Shown: one piece after another, positions 18,172 through 27,406 of the stretch
Numbering within the stretch: position 1 is the stretch's first letter
Layout: every line of letters starts with the position of its first letter
Assembly: GCA_018824725.1 (NCBI GenBank)
Contig: JAHJGB010000124.1
Coordinates: 1-41,178 of the forward strand
From: Candidatus Omnitrophota bacterium
GTDB taxonomy: Bacteria > Omnitrophota > Gorgyraeia > Gorgyraeales > Gorgyraeaceae
Direction of reading: 5' to 3'
Length of the DNA: 41,178 nt
Program-made: the position numbers and the translations under genes
The notes under the pieces: generated by a model
Seen by the model: only the letters and a program-made list of their open reading frames with translations
Database searches by the model: none
Told to the model about the DNA's origin: nothing

Positions 18172-18209
18172 ATAGTATATTATATGATATTTGGAAAGAG
18201 GAGGTATTT

Positions 18210-18335
18210 ATGGCTGTAAAAAAGGCCGGTGAAAAGTACAAATGCAATGTCTGCGGAAATGAAGTGACCGTGACAAAGGTAGGCGGCGGGGAACTGGTGT
18301 GCTGTAACCAGCCCATGGAAAAAACAGCCGGTTAA
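18210..18335 (+). CDS. Desulforedoxin-like FeS4 iron-binding protein (41 aa, not in ORF track)
   Basis: MAVKKAGEKYKCNVCGNEVTVTKVGGGELVCCNQPMEKTAG: YKCxxCGN...LVCC-x-x-PM signature; SD GAGGAGG. Confidence 0.9.
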   Translation: MAVKKAGEKYKCNVCGNEVTVTKVGGGELVCCNQPMEKTAG

Positions 18336-20755
18336 ACTAACTGAACGTCTATTATATTTAAACCCTTTCCTGCCAGGCTCAGGAATTCTTCCCTTTTTAC
18401 AGGTAACATTTTTACGGCCTTGCCATTTATAGAGATATTGTCTATCTTATACTCGCCGTAATCAAGATTACCAGGATTAAAATAATTGATCCGTATAGCT
18501 TTATCTGCAAAAGTCGTAGTTACCGAAACCTTTTTGGATTTTCCGAACTGCGATTTCACCAGCTTCGGATCTATCATAAGGCTCCCCATATCCCCTCTTA
18601 CCCCGAATACCTGGGTGAGCATCGTAAATAAAAGCCAACTGGCTGAGCCTGTCAGGTAATGATACATGCCGCGGCCCTCGGAATTAAAATACTCGGGGAT
18701 GCCGGGATAAATCTTACTGATGCCCGTATTTAGGCACATGCTGCATATGGATTTTATAACCTCGTATCCTTCCCTGGCAAATCCCCTTTTATAAAGCGCA
18801 TACGCAAACATCACGTTCATGTGGCTGAAGAATGCCCCGTTTTCTTTTTCGCCGTAACTAAACCCGAATGCCCTGCCAAGATTAGGCTGGATCTCTTTAA
18901 AATCAGTGTTCAGCCTGAAACCCTCCAGAGTCTTGTCCCATAAATATCGTTTTACGCTTCTGTATATTTCATGCACCTGCTCGTCTGTAGCTATCCCGCT
19001 CATTATCGGAAATACCTGTCCTGTGAGAGTCATGCGCACACCATTTATATGATCCCCCTCCACCCTCTGGCCCAGGTTATCATAATATCCGTTAAAGAAA
19101 CTGCAGCCTGAATTAATCTTTATCCATTCATCCCTTCTTATGTGTTCCGCCAGGCTATCGGCCTTTTGGCGCAGCTCGCTTATTGTTTCCTTTTTATAAT
19201 TTATTTTTTCAAGCAAGTTTGCCAGGTCAAAAAGGTTTCCCGCGTAAGCAGCGGTAAACGCAACGCTCTCCCCGTTTTCCCCGGCCATATCAAGCCCGTC
19301 GTTCCAATCAGCGCCTTCCAGAAGAAAATTCCCGTGTTTGCCTATTTTTGTAAAAGGCCTCTGGTGCTGTAATAGGATATGTTCTAGCACGGTATCTATC
19401 CTGTCGCTTTCAAAAAAACCGGCTTTTTCAAAAAGTATATCCTTATCGCCTGACTGATTTATATAAAGATTCAAGGTCACCAGCGGCCAAAAGCCATGAT
19501 CCATCCAAGTGCGGGAAATATTATTCCTGTCAGAGATAAACTCCCCCCGGGTTTTTCCTATTATAGTGGCGTTTGAACCATCGGGCCGCACTCCCCCGAA
19601 ATTATTTATAAGCATAGCGCGCGCTTCTTCGGGATGCATTAAAAGCAGCGTCAATAAATCCTGCCACAGATCTCTCCACCCGCGGCCGCCTCTACCATAA
19701 TCAAAATCAGGAAGGAATGAACAGCCGAATATCTTTCTGAATATAGGCTGGCCGCCTACCCACTTCATCCACCTGTCAAAATCCTTGTCATCCGTAGAAA
19801 AATAAACCCCCTCCGATTTTTCAACCCAGAATTTTTTATTAAAAGCCAGGGTCTTGTTTAATTTTTTAGCGGAATTAAACTTTTGGAATATCTTCTCCGG
19901 GCTAGATTCTGTTATACCCATGGCGGCGATGTATTTCATTGATTTGCCCGGAGTTATAGAGAGTGTTTTAAATCTTACGGCGCCCATTGCCTCTTTGCCC
20001 TGCCTTCCAATGCCTGATTTTTTCTCAGGGGCTTTATTTTTTAAAACAGCTTCCGGCTTTTCAAGGCTTCCGCCTTCACCTGTAAACTCCATCAGCGTAG
20101 GAAAAACCCCTTCAGGTAAATCGGCATTACCCTGGCTCCCAAACACAAAATAAGATAATTTATTTATTTTATGGCCCCTTTCATCAAAACTCATCGTAGG
20201 AGTTACTGTAACGCCATACTTAGTTAGCCTGATTCTATTTAAAAGGGAAGTCACATGCCTGTGATCGCGAAGATTATCACTAGACCTGGCGTATATAGGT
20301 ATAGCCAGGGTAGGGGTTATTTTTAATTTCTTTTTTGAAATATTAGTGACTTCCAAAGACATCAGCTCAACCGGTTCGCCATGGGCAGGGATAAAATTTA
20401 ACGCCTCTACTTTTATCCCGAGTTTTCTATTTATCTTTATAACCTTATGCCATAAAAATCCGGCCTCCACCAATGTCTCGTCGCTCTCTCCAAAAGCAAC
20501 AGACCATGCGCAGCCAGGATCAACATACAGCCAAAAATTGCGATTATACAGGGTGTTAGCCAAATCTTCCGCGGAAACCGGGACTGTCAGGAATGAATGC
20601 TGGCCTGTTTTTATATCTCCGTGCAGATTCGGGGTGATGGAGCTCATTATGCCGGATTCGTTTGCAAGAGGGAAATAAAGCCTTGAGATTTTATCCGGGT
20701 TCTCGGCTACAAAAGTGGCGTCATCGTCTATGAATCTCCAGAACGTGTTATGCAT
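18332..20755 (-). CDS. GH94 glycoside phosphorylase, laminaribiose-phosphorylase-like
   Basis: YGRGGRGWRDLWQD, ADWNDGLD, GESVAF, KENGAFFSH and YLTGSASW; N-terminus resembles Paenibacillus LBP from memory; start moved to 20755 (SD GGGAG). Confidence 0.8.
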   Translation of the reverse strand: MHNTFWRFIDDDATFVAENPDKISRLYFPLANESGIMSSITPNLHGDIKTGQHSFLTVPVSAEDLANTLYNRNFWLYVDPGCAWSVAFGESDETLVEAGFLWHKVIKINRKLGIKVEALNFIPAHGEPVELMSLEVTNISKKKLKITPTLAIPIYARSSDNLRDHRHVTSLLNRIRLTKYGVTVTPTMSFDERGHKINKLSYFVFGSQGNADLPEGVFPTLMEFTGEGGSLEKPEAVLKNKAPEKKSGIGRQGKEAMGAVRFKTLSITPGKSMKYIAAMGITESSPEKIFQKFNSAKKLNKTLAFNKKFWVEKSEGVYFSTDDKDFDRWMKWVGGQPIFRKIFGCSFLPDFDYGRGGRGWRDLWQDLLTLLLMHPEEARAMLINNFGGVRPDGSNATIIGKTRGEFISDRNNISRTWMDHGFWPLVTLNLYINQSGDKDILFEKAGFFESDRIDTVLEHILLQHQRPFTKIGKHGNFLLEGADWNDGLDMAGENGESVAFTAAYAGNLFDLANLLEKINYKKETISELRQKADSLAEHIRRDEWIKINSGCSFFNGYYDNLGQRVEGDHINGVRMTLTGQVFPIMSGIATDEQVHEIYRSVKRYLWDKTLEGFRLNTDFKEIQPNLGRAFGFSYGEKENGAFFSHMNVMFAYALYKRGFAREGYEVIKSICSMCLNTGISKIYPGIPEYFNSEGRGMYHYLTGSASWLLFTMLTQVFGVRGDMGSLMIDPKLVKSQFGKSKKVSVTTTFADKAIRINYFNPGNLDYGEYKIDNISINGKAVKMLPVKREEFLSLAGKGLNIIDVQLV

Positions 20756-21245
20756 ATTTCTCCCAGTGCAAAACATCCTTGAGGCCTCTTTTAGCGTGAG
20801 GCTTAACTTCATTTTTGGGATATCCGGCTGTTATCATGCTGACCAGCTTATACCCATCCGGCGCGTTAAATATCTTGCGGATATCTTCCGCATAATCTTT
20901 TTTATCCCCCGCTATCCAGCAGCCAGCCAGGCCCAGCGCTTCTATAGCCAAAAGCATATTCTGGGTAGCCGCGGAGCAGTCTTCAATATAGTATTTTGTG
21001 TCTTTTGAAAATACCGCTACTAGATGCGGAACATCTTTAATGAAAGGCCCGTTCGGGCACATGTCGCATATTTTTTTAAGAGTTTTTTTGTCAGATGTCA
21101 CTACAAATTCCCACGGCTGCTCATTCCTGGCAGTCGCAGCCAGCCTTCCCGCGTCTATGATTTTTTCTATAAGGAGCTTGGGCACGACTTTATCAGAATA
21201 TTCCCTGACGCATTTCCTGTTTTTTATTACTTCGAAAAAATCCAT
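20748..21245 (-). CDS. Nitroreductase family protein
   Basis: R-K-C-V-R-x-Y, AATARNEQPWEF, QNMLLA and GLAGCW. Confidence 0.88.
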   Translation of the reverse strand: MDFFEVIKNRKCVREYSDKVVPKLLIEKIIDAGRLAATARNEQPWEFVVTSDKKTLKKICDMCPNGPFIKDVPHLVAVFSKDTKYYIEDCSAATQNMLLAIEALGLAGCWIAGDKKDYAEDIRKIFNAPDGYKLVSMITAGYPKNEVKPHAKRGLKDVLHWEKYA

Positions 21246-21262
21246 ATTAACCGCCCCAGCTG

Positions 21263-21293
21263 CGCAGGGGACGGTTTAAAACCGTCCCCTGCG
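21263..21293. repeat. Family C REP-like hairpin
   Basis: Perfect 15-bp arms cgcaggggacggttt-a-aaaccgtcccctgcg between co-oriented genes. Confidence 0.8.
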
Positions 21294-21308
21294 GTAACCT
21301 ACAAGGTT

Positions 21309-22577
21309 TTATGTTTTATTAAGATTTGACGTAAACCGCCTTATCTCCCTTGCCTTACGGACATAGGCCGGCATCAAAAGTTCGGAGAAAATCGACTTAT
21401 TGTGCCACAAAGGATCGATGTTATCTTTTATTATATTATTTTCAACAAGTATCTTATAATCCAGGGTCCCGGGTATGGGGGAATAAGACGCTATAATCGC
21501 CTTTGCGCCGAGAGCATTTATAAAAATTATATCCTCCATGGTCTTTTCCATATCAATATAGCTAGCGCCCATCAATATATAAACGCCCAGATCTTTTTTC
21601 GTAAAGCCGGCTTCTTTCAGATTTCTGAGAGCGAGCTTCAGGTCATTATTACTGACCTTCCCGCCCGTAAACTGCTGGACGCCTTCATCTGAAGTCTCAA
21701 GCGATATGCGCAGCTCCCTGAAATTTGTCTTCCTAAAAAGATCCGCAAGCTCTTCGTCTATAAACCTGGCGTGCAAGCCGTTCGGCGTATGAAAAGTAAA
21801 CTGCACGCCTGAGGCGATAACAAGCCTTAAAAATCTTTTGATGCCTTCCGCGTTTCTATACAAAAGCGCGTCGTCATAAAAAACAAAGCTCTTTGTCCCG
21901 AACACCCTAGTGTAATGCATCACCTCTTCAAACAGGCTTACAGGGTCTTTCATCTCAAATTTTGCGCCGAACATCCTGGAGGCGCAGTAGGTGCACCTGA
22001 AAGGGCATCCTGTTGTAAGCTGTATCGGGAGGATCTCTTTATCCGCCAATAAATCATATGCGGGATAAAACCCGCTCTGATAAAAACATTCCTTATCAAG
22101 AAAATTGCCTTTCCACACGATATCCGCATTGCTTGTGAGGCGCGCGTGCTTATGGCAGATAGTGGCGTAAATACCGCCGAGTATGACAGGCGTATTTTTA
22201 AAACGCTCTTTCAACAGCTTTATAGCCAGATGAGCCCCGGGATACCAGTAAGTCATTCCGGAAGCTACGTAGATCTCATCTATTTCTGAAAACGCGGATA
22301 TCTTTTCCATAAACTCCGAAATAGATATGCCGTACCTGAAATAAGGCCTTTCTATATTTTTCAACATATCAGGCTTTTCCGCTTTTTCTTTTCGTATCTT
22401 TGAAAAGCCGTATTCGTCTTTGCGCCTTGCGCACCCCTGGAGGCAATCCACCAGGTCTACCCTGGCGCCTTTACTGCGCAGAGATTGGCCTATGCGTAAA
22501 AGCCCTACCGGCTTTATGCCAAAGTCATACGCGCTGAAATCATATATCCATGGATTTACTAAAAGTACTTTTTTCAT
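21309..22577 (-). CDS. B12-binding-type radical SAM protein
   Basis: LLVNPWIYDFSAYD, MTYWYPG, LGGIYAT, GCPFRCTYC, FYDDALL and TPNGLH. Confidence 0.85.
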   Translation of the reverse strand: MKKVLLVNPWIYDFSAYDFGIKPVGLLRIGQSLRSKGARVDLVDCLQGCARRKDEYGFSKIRKEKAEKPDMLKNIERPYFRYGISISEFMEKISAFSEIDEIYVASGMTYWYPGAHLAIKLLKERFKNTPVILGGIYATICHKHARLTSNADIVWKGNFLDKECFYQSGFYPAYDLLADKEILPIQLTTGCPFRCTYCASRMFGAKFEMKDPVSLFEEVMHYTRVFGTKSFVFYDDALLYRNAEGIKRFLRLVIASGVQFTFHTPNGLHARFIDEELADLFRKTNFRELRISLETSDEGVQQFTGGKVSNNDLKLALRNLKEAGFTKKDLGVYILMGASYIDMEKTMEDIIFINALGAKAIIASYSPIPGTLDYKILVENNIIKDNIDPLWHNKSIFSELLMPAYVRKAREIRRFTSNLNKT

Positions 22578-23143
22578 TAAAAAATAACTTTCGGGACCTC
22601 TTTTGCGCCTTCCACTGCCTTAAAATAAACCCTTGGCTGGCTCAGGCCTCTCAAACTGCAGAAAACACTGCCGAATATAGTCCTCTGGTACGCGTTAAAA
22701 GTTTTTACAGCGTCATTATATCTCATCCTCTCTACCGCGATCCTGTTTTCAGTGCCTTCCAGCTGCGCCTGAAGGCTCAGAAAATTTTCATTTGCCCTTA
22801 ATACAGGATAATTTTCAGCAACCATTAAAATTTTTGACAGCGTTTCAGTGATCGCGTTCGATGTTTCTATCTTTTCTTGCGTGCTGGCTGCCTTTGCCCA
22901 CTGGCTCCTGAGCTCTGTTATTTTTTCAAAGGTGCCTCTTTCATGCTCCATATAGCCTTTTACAGTGCTCACCAGATTCGGAATCAGGTCAACCCTTCTT
23001 TGGAGCTGATTCTCAACCTGAGCCCAGGTATTATTCACCTGCTCGTCCAGGATCACAGGCTTATTAAGCCCTGCTATTACCATGCCTCCTAAAACCACTA
23101 TCACCCCTAAAATAACCAATAAAACCATTCCTATTTTTTTCAT
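22577..23143 (-). CDS. lemA: LemA family protein
   Basis: N-terminal TM; WAQVENQLQRRVDLIPNLV, ENYPVL and LEGTENRIAVER. Confidence 0.93.
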   Translation of the reverse strand: MKKIGMVLLVILGVIVVLGGMVIAGLNKPVILDEQVNNTWAQVENQLQRRVDLIPNLVSTVKGYMEHERGTFEKITELRSQWAKAASTQEKIETSNAITETLSKILMVAENYPVLRANENFLSLQAQLEGTENRIAVERMRYNDAVKTFNAYQRTIFGSVFCSLRGLSQPRVYFKAVEGAKEVPKVIF

Positions 23144-23162
23144 ACCACCCTCCTTGGTTTAA

Positions 23163-23906
23163 TTACCAGCTGCCTGAGGCGCCACCGCCGCCAGAAAAAC
23201 CGCCTCCGAAGCCTCCAAACCCTCCGCTAAATCCGCCTGAATTTCCTCCGCCTGACCAATAACCTCCGCTCTTACCGCCTACCCGGCCTGACATCGGAAA
23301 AAACCAGAAAAGGCGGATCCTTATTAATATTATAATAACAAAAATAATAAATAAAAAGTCAAAAATGGAAGGCTGCTTTGAAGAGGCGGCTATTTTTATA
23401 TTTTCTAATTCAGAGATTTCTACATGATATTCGCCGGCTATAAGCTTACTTACAACTGCCGCGCCCTGAAGAATCCCGGCGTTGTAATCCCCGCTTTTAA
23501 AAAACGGGCGCATAAACTTTTCGATTATATTTTTAGCCAGCACATCAGGTATTGCGCCTTCCAGGCCATATCCCACTTCTATCCTTACCTGCCTGTCTTT
23601 TACAACCACCAGGATCAGGACGCCGTTATCTTTGCCTTTTTGGCCGATGCCCCATTTTTCAAAAAGCTTTACCGCATAAGTTTCTATATCCAGCGGCGCA
23701 GTCGTATCCAGCGTCAGGATAGCCAGCTGGCTCGTGGTTTTAGCTTCAATCTCCGAAGAAAGCGCAGCGAGCTTTGCTTTTGCTTCATCTGATAAAATGC
23801 CTGCGTAATCATTTACATAACCTGCGTAGTTCTGGAAACGCGGCTCTTCGCAGAGTCCGATGCCTGTAAAAATAAAAAAGGCGGCTATTATAAATATCTT
23901 TTTCAT
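23163..23906 (-). CDS. TPM (YgcG/DUF477) domain membrane protein
   Basis: VNDYAGIL, WGIGQKGKDNGVLIL, IEVGYGLEG and Gly-rich tail ending ASGSW. Confidence 0.92.
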   Translation of the reverse strand: MKKIFIIAAFFIFTGIGLCEEPRFQNYAGYVNDYAGILSDEAKAKLAALSSEIEAKTTSQLAILTLDTTAPLDIETYAVKLFEKWGIGQKGKDNGVLILVVVKDRQVRIEVGYGLEGAIPDVLAKNIIEKFMRPFFKSGDYNAGILQGAAVVSKLIAGEYHVEISELENIKIAASSKQPSIFDFLFIIFVIIILIRIRLFWFFPMSGRVGGKSGGYWSGGGNSGGFSGGFGGFGGGFSGGGGASGSW

Positions 23907-24625
23907 GAAAGCTTTTCTATCTCCTTCAGGTACTTTTCAAAAAATACCTCTACGTCCTCGCCTTTTATCTTTTCATCGTTCATCCTGTCTCTCAGAATAG
24001 CTATAAACACGTCTTTGGAAAGGCCGTAATAATTGCAGAACTCTATGAGTATCTGTTCTTTATCCACAGGAGGCTTTTGGGGCTTCTGCCTTAAGAGCGC
24101 CCTGAATACAGGGATCAGTGAATTCAAGGATTCTTTCATGAGCGCCTCGACGCCTTTTTTCTTAAGCCCTATTTCCAGATAAGCCTGGCGGATCCTTATA
24201 AGCTTTCCCTCTATCTCTTTTTTGCAGAAAAGCCTCAGGTTAGCTTCGTCTATCTCTAAGCCGCTGAACACGTCTTTGCCGTAGACTAAAATATTATTTT
24301 CTTTTATCTCAATAAATTCTATGGGGAAGGTGTCCTTGGATGTTGCAATGCGGGACAGAGATAAAAATAAAGGCGCTGTTATTCTTCTGGATATGCCGGA
24401 ATTTATAACCCGGAGAGAATCTTTCAGCTGCTTTAATCCAAGATCCTTGAATACAACAGCCAGATTTATATCTGATTTTTCGGGAATGAAATACTTCCCG
24501 GTAGCGCTCCCGTACAAAACTACAGAGATTATATTTTCTTTATGTATTTCAAGGAGCTTGATAAGATAAGGCTGAATAACGGCCTTTAATTCAGGCTTTA
24601 TGCCGTCTAATTTTAAACTTTCCAT
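23903..24625 (-). CDS. Nucleotidyltransferase-domain protein
   Basis: LYGSA...SDINL, DTFPIEF and YGKD; start moved to ATG 24625 (SD GAGGA). Confidence 0.75.
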   Translation of the reverse strand: MESLKLDGIKPELKAVIQPYLIKLLEIHKENIISVVLYGSATGKYFIPEKSDINLAVVFKDLGLKQLKDSLRVINSGISRRITAPLFLSLSRIATSKDTFPIEFIEIKENNILVYGKDVFSGLEIDEANLRLFCKKEIEGKLIRIRQAYLEIGLKKKGVEALMKESLNSLIPVFRALLRQKPQKPPVDKEQILIEFCNYYGLSKDVFIAILRDRMNDEKIKGEDVEVFFEKYLKEIEKLS

Positions 24626-24641
24626 GTTAAATTTTCCTCTG

Positions 24642-24693
24642 AATTTTGCCCCCGCCGCTTTGCTTCGCAAAGCGAAACAGCGGGGACAAAATT
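24642..24693. repeat. Nested intergenic hairpin (family D candidate)
   Basis: aattttg-c-ccccgc[cgctttgc-ttc-gcaaagcg]aaaca-gcgggg-a-caaaatt. Confidence 0.65.
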
Positions 24694-24704
24694 GGTTAAG
24701 GAAT

Positions 24705-25286
24705 TCATAGGTGGAATATCTGGATAATGCCTTTCCGGATAAGCATTACTGCTATTGCAGCTAAAAGAAGATTTGTAACTTTTGACAATGCCCTTGAACC
24801 AGCCTTCCCGAGAATTTTTATTATGACATCGGAAAGCGAAAGTATGACGCCTGCCAATAAAATATTGATCAGCACTGATATGAGCGTGGCAGGCAGGCCG
24901 TATTCACCTCTCATAATAAGCGATGTGGTAAGAACAGCCGGCCCTACGATAAGAGGCGTGCCTAAGGGTACGGCCCCAAGTTCCTGATTAGCATAATGGC
25001 TCCCCTTGCCAGGCCCCCTGATGTCCGCAACGGCAATATAAAAAAGAATCGAGCCTCCGGCGACCATGAAATCGCCCAGGGTGATACCCATAAGGTTAAA
25101 AACAGCCTTGCCGAGGAATATAAAACATACTGCCAGGCACATGGCTGTAATCATTGACTGAAATATTATTCTGGATTTTTCTTCTTTCTTGTGGCTTTCC
25201 GTGAGGCTGACAAAAAGCGGCAGTATACCTATAACGTCAACCGCCACAAAGATAGGAATAAAAGCCAATAAGACATTCTTAATCAT
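24705..25286 (-). CDS. MarC family membrane protein
   Basis: PIFVAVD, FMVAGG, VPLGTPLIVGP and LLLAAIAV. Confidence 0.9.
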   Translation of the reverse strand: MIKNVLLAFIPIFVAVDVIGILPLFVSLTESHKKEEKSRIIFQSMITAMCLAVCFIFLGKAVFNLMGITLGDFMVAGGSILFYIAVADIRGPGKGSHYANQELGAVPLGTPLIVGPAVLTTSLIMRGEYGLPATLISVLINILLAGVILSLSDVIIKILGKAGSRALSKVTNLLLAAIAVMLIRKGIIQIFHL

Positions 25287-25313
25287 GATCTACCTCTTTC
25301 CGGTAGCCGTCGC

Positions 25314-25433
25314 CTATTTATTTTTTCTTTTTCTTTCCTGCTGCTTCAATAGGCCTTTTATATTTTTGATTAAAAGATATGCCCTGACTTTATTAATTCT
25401 GATAAAACCGCGAGGCTTTTTACTGTCTTCCAT
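25314..25433 (-). CDS. Possible small basic protein (39 aa)
   Basis: ORF MEDSKKPRGFIRINKVRAYLLIKNIKGLLKQQERKRKNK fills the gap downstream of a promoter; weak SD. Confidence 0.3.
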   Translation of the reverse strand: MEDSKKPRGFIRINKVRAYLLIKNIKGLLKQQERKRKNK

Positions 25434-25499
25434 TGATGCAATTCTTTCTATCTATATTAAGGCTGCTTTATAATTTTAAACCAATGTGCCGATGGAAAT

Positions 25500-25528
25500 A
25501 TAATACATATAATAGGCATCATAGTCAA
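25500..25528 (-). promoter_or_regulatory. sigma70 promoter TTGACT-17-TATTAT
   Basis: agtcaa 25523-25528 and ataata 25500-25505. Confidence 0.5.
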
Positions 25529-25530
25529 GA

Positions 25531-25572
25531 CCAAACAACTAGAAAAACGACAATGTTGATTTTCTAGTTGTT
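25531..25572. repeat. Family E copy 2, embedded in a 13-bp inverted repeat
   Basis: ccaaacaactagaaaaacgacaatgttgatttt; arms aacaactagaaaa/ttttctagttgtt. Confidence 0.78.
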
Positions 25573-25843
25573 ATAGTTTGCCGAAGAGCATCAGTACGCC
25601 GAGTATTATAAATAACGACGCGCCGCAGTATTTTATGATTTCCGGTTTTATATATTTTCCGAGCGTAGCGCCTATTAAAACCGAAACAGCCGTAATGATC
25701 ATGTATGCGCAAACCGAACCGAAAAATACCGTCAAGGGCTTCGCTGACTTTGAAGCCATGCCTATCCCCACCATCTGCGTCTTATCCGCCATCTCCGCAA
25801 AAAATACAGCTGTAAACGTGGCAAAAAATATTTTCAAATCCAT
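25571..25843 (-). CDS. TMEM165/GDT1 (UPF0016) single-repeat cation exporter
   Basis: F-x-A-E-M-A-D-K-T-Q (E-x-G-D-K-T-like) motif, three TM segments. Confidence 0.85.
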   Translation of the reverse strand: MDLKIFFATFTAVFFAEMADKTQMVGIGMASKSAKPLTVFFGSVCAYMIITAVSVLIGATLGKYIKPEIIKYCGASLFIILGVLMLFGKL

Positions 25844-25876
25844 GCTGCCTCCTGAATAATCAGCGCTCTGCGCATT

Positions 25877-27196
25877 TTAAAACTGGGTTGTCATGATAGC
25901 TGTTAACTGGTCGTTACTGGCCTCTTGCGTAGAAGGGCCTGTTTCCCTATTCCAATCGTAACCAAGTTTCAGAAGCGTGTTATCACTCCATCTGTATCCC
26001 ATGCCAAGCGAATAACGGTCATACTTATTCGCGGTAACGCTGTTCAATCCTGCCGTTACTTCATCTTCCAGGTTCACATAACTATATCTCCCGGCGGCAT
26101 AAACCTTCTTGGTTAAATTATACATGCCCTCGATAAAAGCAAAATCCCCCGCTCTTTCAACTGCTCCTGCAGTGCTCGTAATATCATGAAATCCTCCGTA
26201 CGAAAGCCTTACGATAGCCTTGCTGTCAGAATAAGCAAGCGGGTCTAGCGGCTTTTTGCCTTTTTTAAAATCATATCTTGTGTCAAATTCCCATATATTT
26301 CTCTGCCAGTCAGTTGCGCCAGTAGGTCTGGTCTTTAACCCTGCTATGGATAATTCTGAATCAGAAGACTTCAACCTGCCTGAATCATAATAGCTGGCAG
26401 ATAGATAGAGCGGCTCGATGGGCGCATAATACAGTTTCCCCATAAACGCCTTTCCGTTGCCTGAATCAGAACCTGCGGTAGTATTACCATCACTTATAGA
26501 AGTGACCCAGCCTAGAGGCTTTAATCCTGCTTTGTCTAATTTTATTTTACCTGCTAATTCTAATCCTTCATCGTTGACAGTAGCATTGGCCGCAGAAGTA
26601 GATGGTAAAACACCATCTACTATATTATTAGACCATGTCTCTTCCCCAAAACCAAGTTTAAATCTGCCAAGCCTGCTCGAAAGGCTGAAAGGCGTATCTT
26701 TCAAAGATGGTATAAAATCCGTGGACTGCAGATAAAAGTAATCCAATAACGGGTTTGTTGTTGATATGCCTGTCACGCCATTATCCAGCTTAAACCGCAT
26801 AACCACTGTATTTACCTCGTCAGGCTGAAAACTGAATTGGAGTTTTGCGTCCGGCATCTCAAAAGACCCTGAAGAAAACGAGCCTGCGCTCCCTGATTTA
26901 TAATATCCTGTTGCCAACCTGCCCTTTATTTTAAGGTTTGACAGCGCATTTGAAAGGTCCACTTTCGGAGCCGCGCCTGCCGGACCGGTTTCCTTTATCT
27001 TTGCGAGCTCTTCTTTTGTCTTGGCTGTTTCATTCTTTGCCTGTAATTGCTCAGATTCCAGCTTTTCAATACGCTGCATAAGCTGCTGAACCTGCTGTTT
27101 CAATGCCTGGATTTCTTCATCTGTACCTGCAAAACTGCAAGGGATAAACAAAGCCAGCAACGCTAACGCCAGCATAGATATCAATATGCTTTTCAT
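25877..27196 (-). CDS. Outer-membrane porin-like beta-barrel protein with N-terminal coiled coil
   Basis: Signal peptide from ATG 27196 (SD AGGAG), coiled coil LKQQVQQLMQRIEKLE, amphipathic strands, C-terminal Phe. Confidence 0.7.
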   Translation of the reverse strand: MKSILISMLALALLALFIPCSFAGTDEEIQALKQQVQQLMQRIEKLESEQLQAKNETAKTKEELAKIKETGPAGAAPKVDLSNALSNLKIKGRLATGYYKSGSAGSFSSGSFEMPDAKLQFSFQPDEVNTVVMRFKLDNGVTGISTTNPLLDYFYLQSTDFIPSLKDTPFSLSSRLGRFKLGFGEETWSNNIVDGVLPSTSAANATVNDEGLELAGKIKLDKAGLKPLGWVTSISDGNTTAGSDSGNGKAFMGKLYYAPIEPLYLSASYYDSGRLKSSDSELSIAGLKTRPTGATDWQRNIWEFDTRYDFKKGKKPLDPLAYSDSKAIVRLSYGGFHDITSTAGAVERAGDFAFIEGMYNLTKKVYAAGRYSYVNLEDEVTAGLNSVTANKYDRYSLGMGYRWSDNTLLKLGYDWNRETGPSTQEASNDQLTAIMTTQF

Positions 27197-27310
27197 ATTC
27201 ACTCCTATCAATCCTTTTTCTCTCAGATTTCGCAGTGTAGCGGGACAAACCTTGATAAGATCTGCAGTAATGCCTATGGTGTAAAGAGACGTGGTATGTT
27301 TTTCTTGCAC
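27197..27310 (-). pseudogene. Truncated MerR/HspR-type HTH remnant in frame with the porin
   Basis: YTIGITADLIKVCPATLRNLREKGLI matches the MerR N-terminal HTH pattern but runs directly into the porin RBS. Confidence 0.6.
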
Positions 27311-27406
27311 TTTATTTCCCTATGTATAATAGATATTTTTATATCATATATAATTATTGTTCGCAAGTACTTTTTTATTTTTAGAAAAAAGGGTATAATG
27401 GTGGGT

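Noticed and set aside
23163-23290. Low-complexity Gly/Phe/Ser repeat
   Set aside because: Normal C-terminal tail of TPM/YgcG proteins.
24626-24670. N-terminal extensions in the ORF track (also starts at 8557, 17339, 18055, 20812, 27296, 31000, 37867 and 40966)
   Set aside because: They run through hairpins, promoters or upstream genes; downstream ATGs have better SDs or gene coupling.
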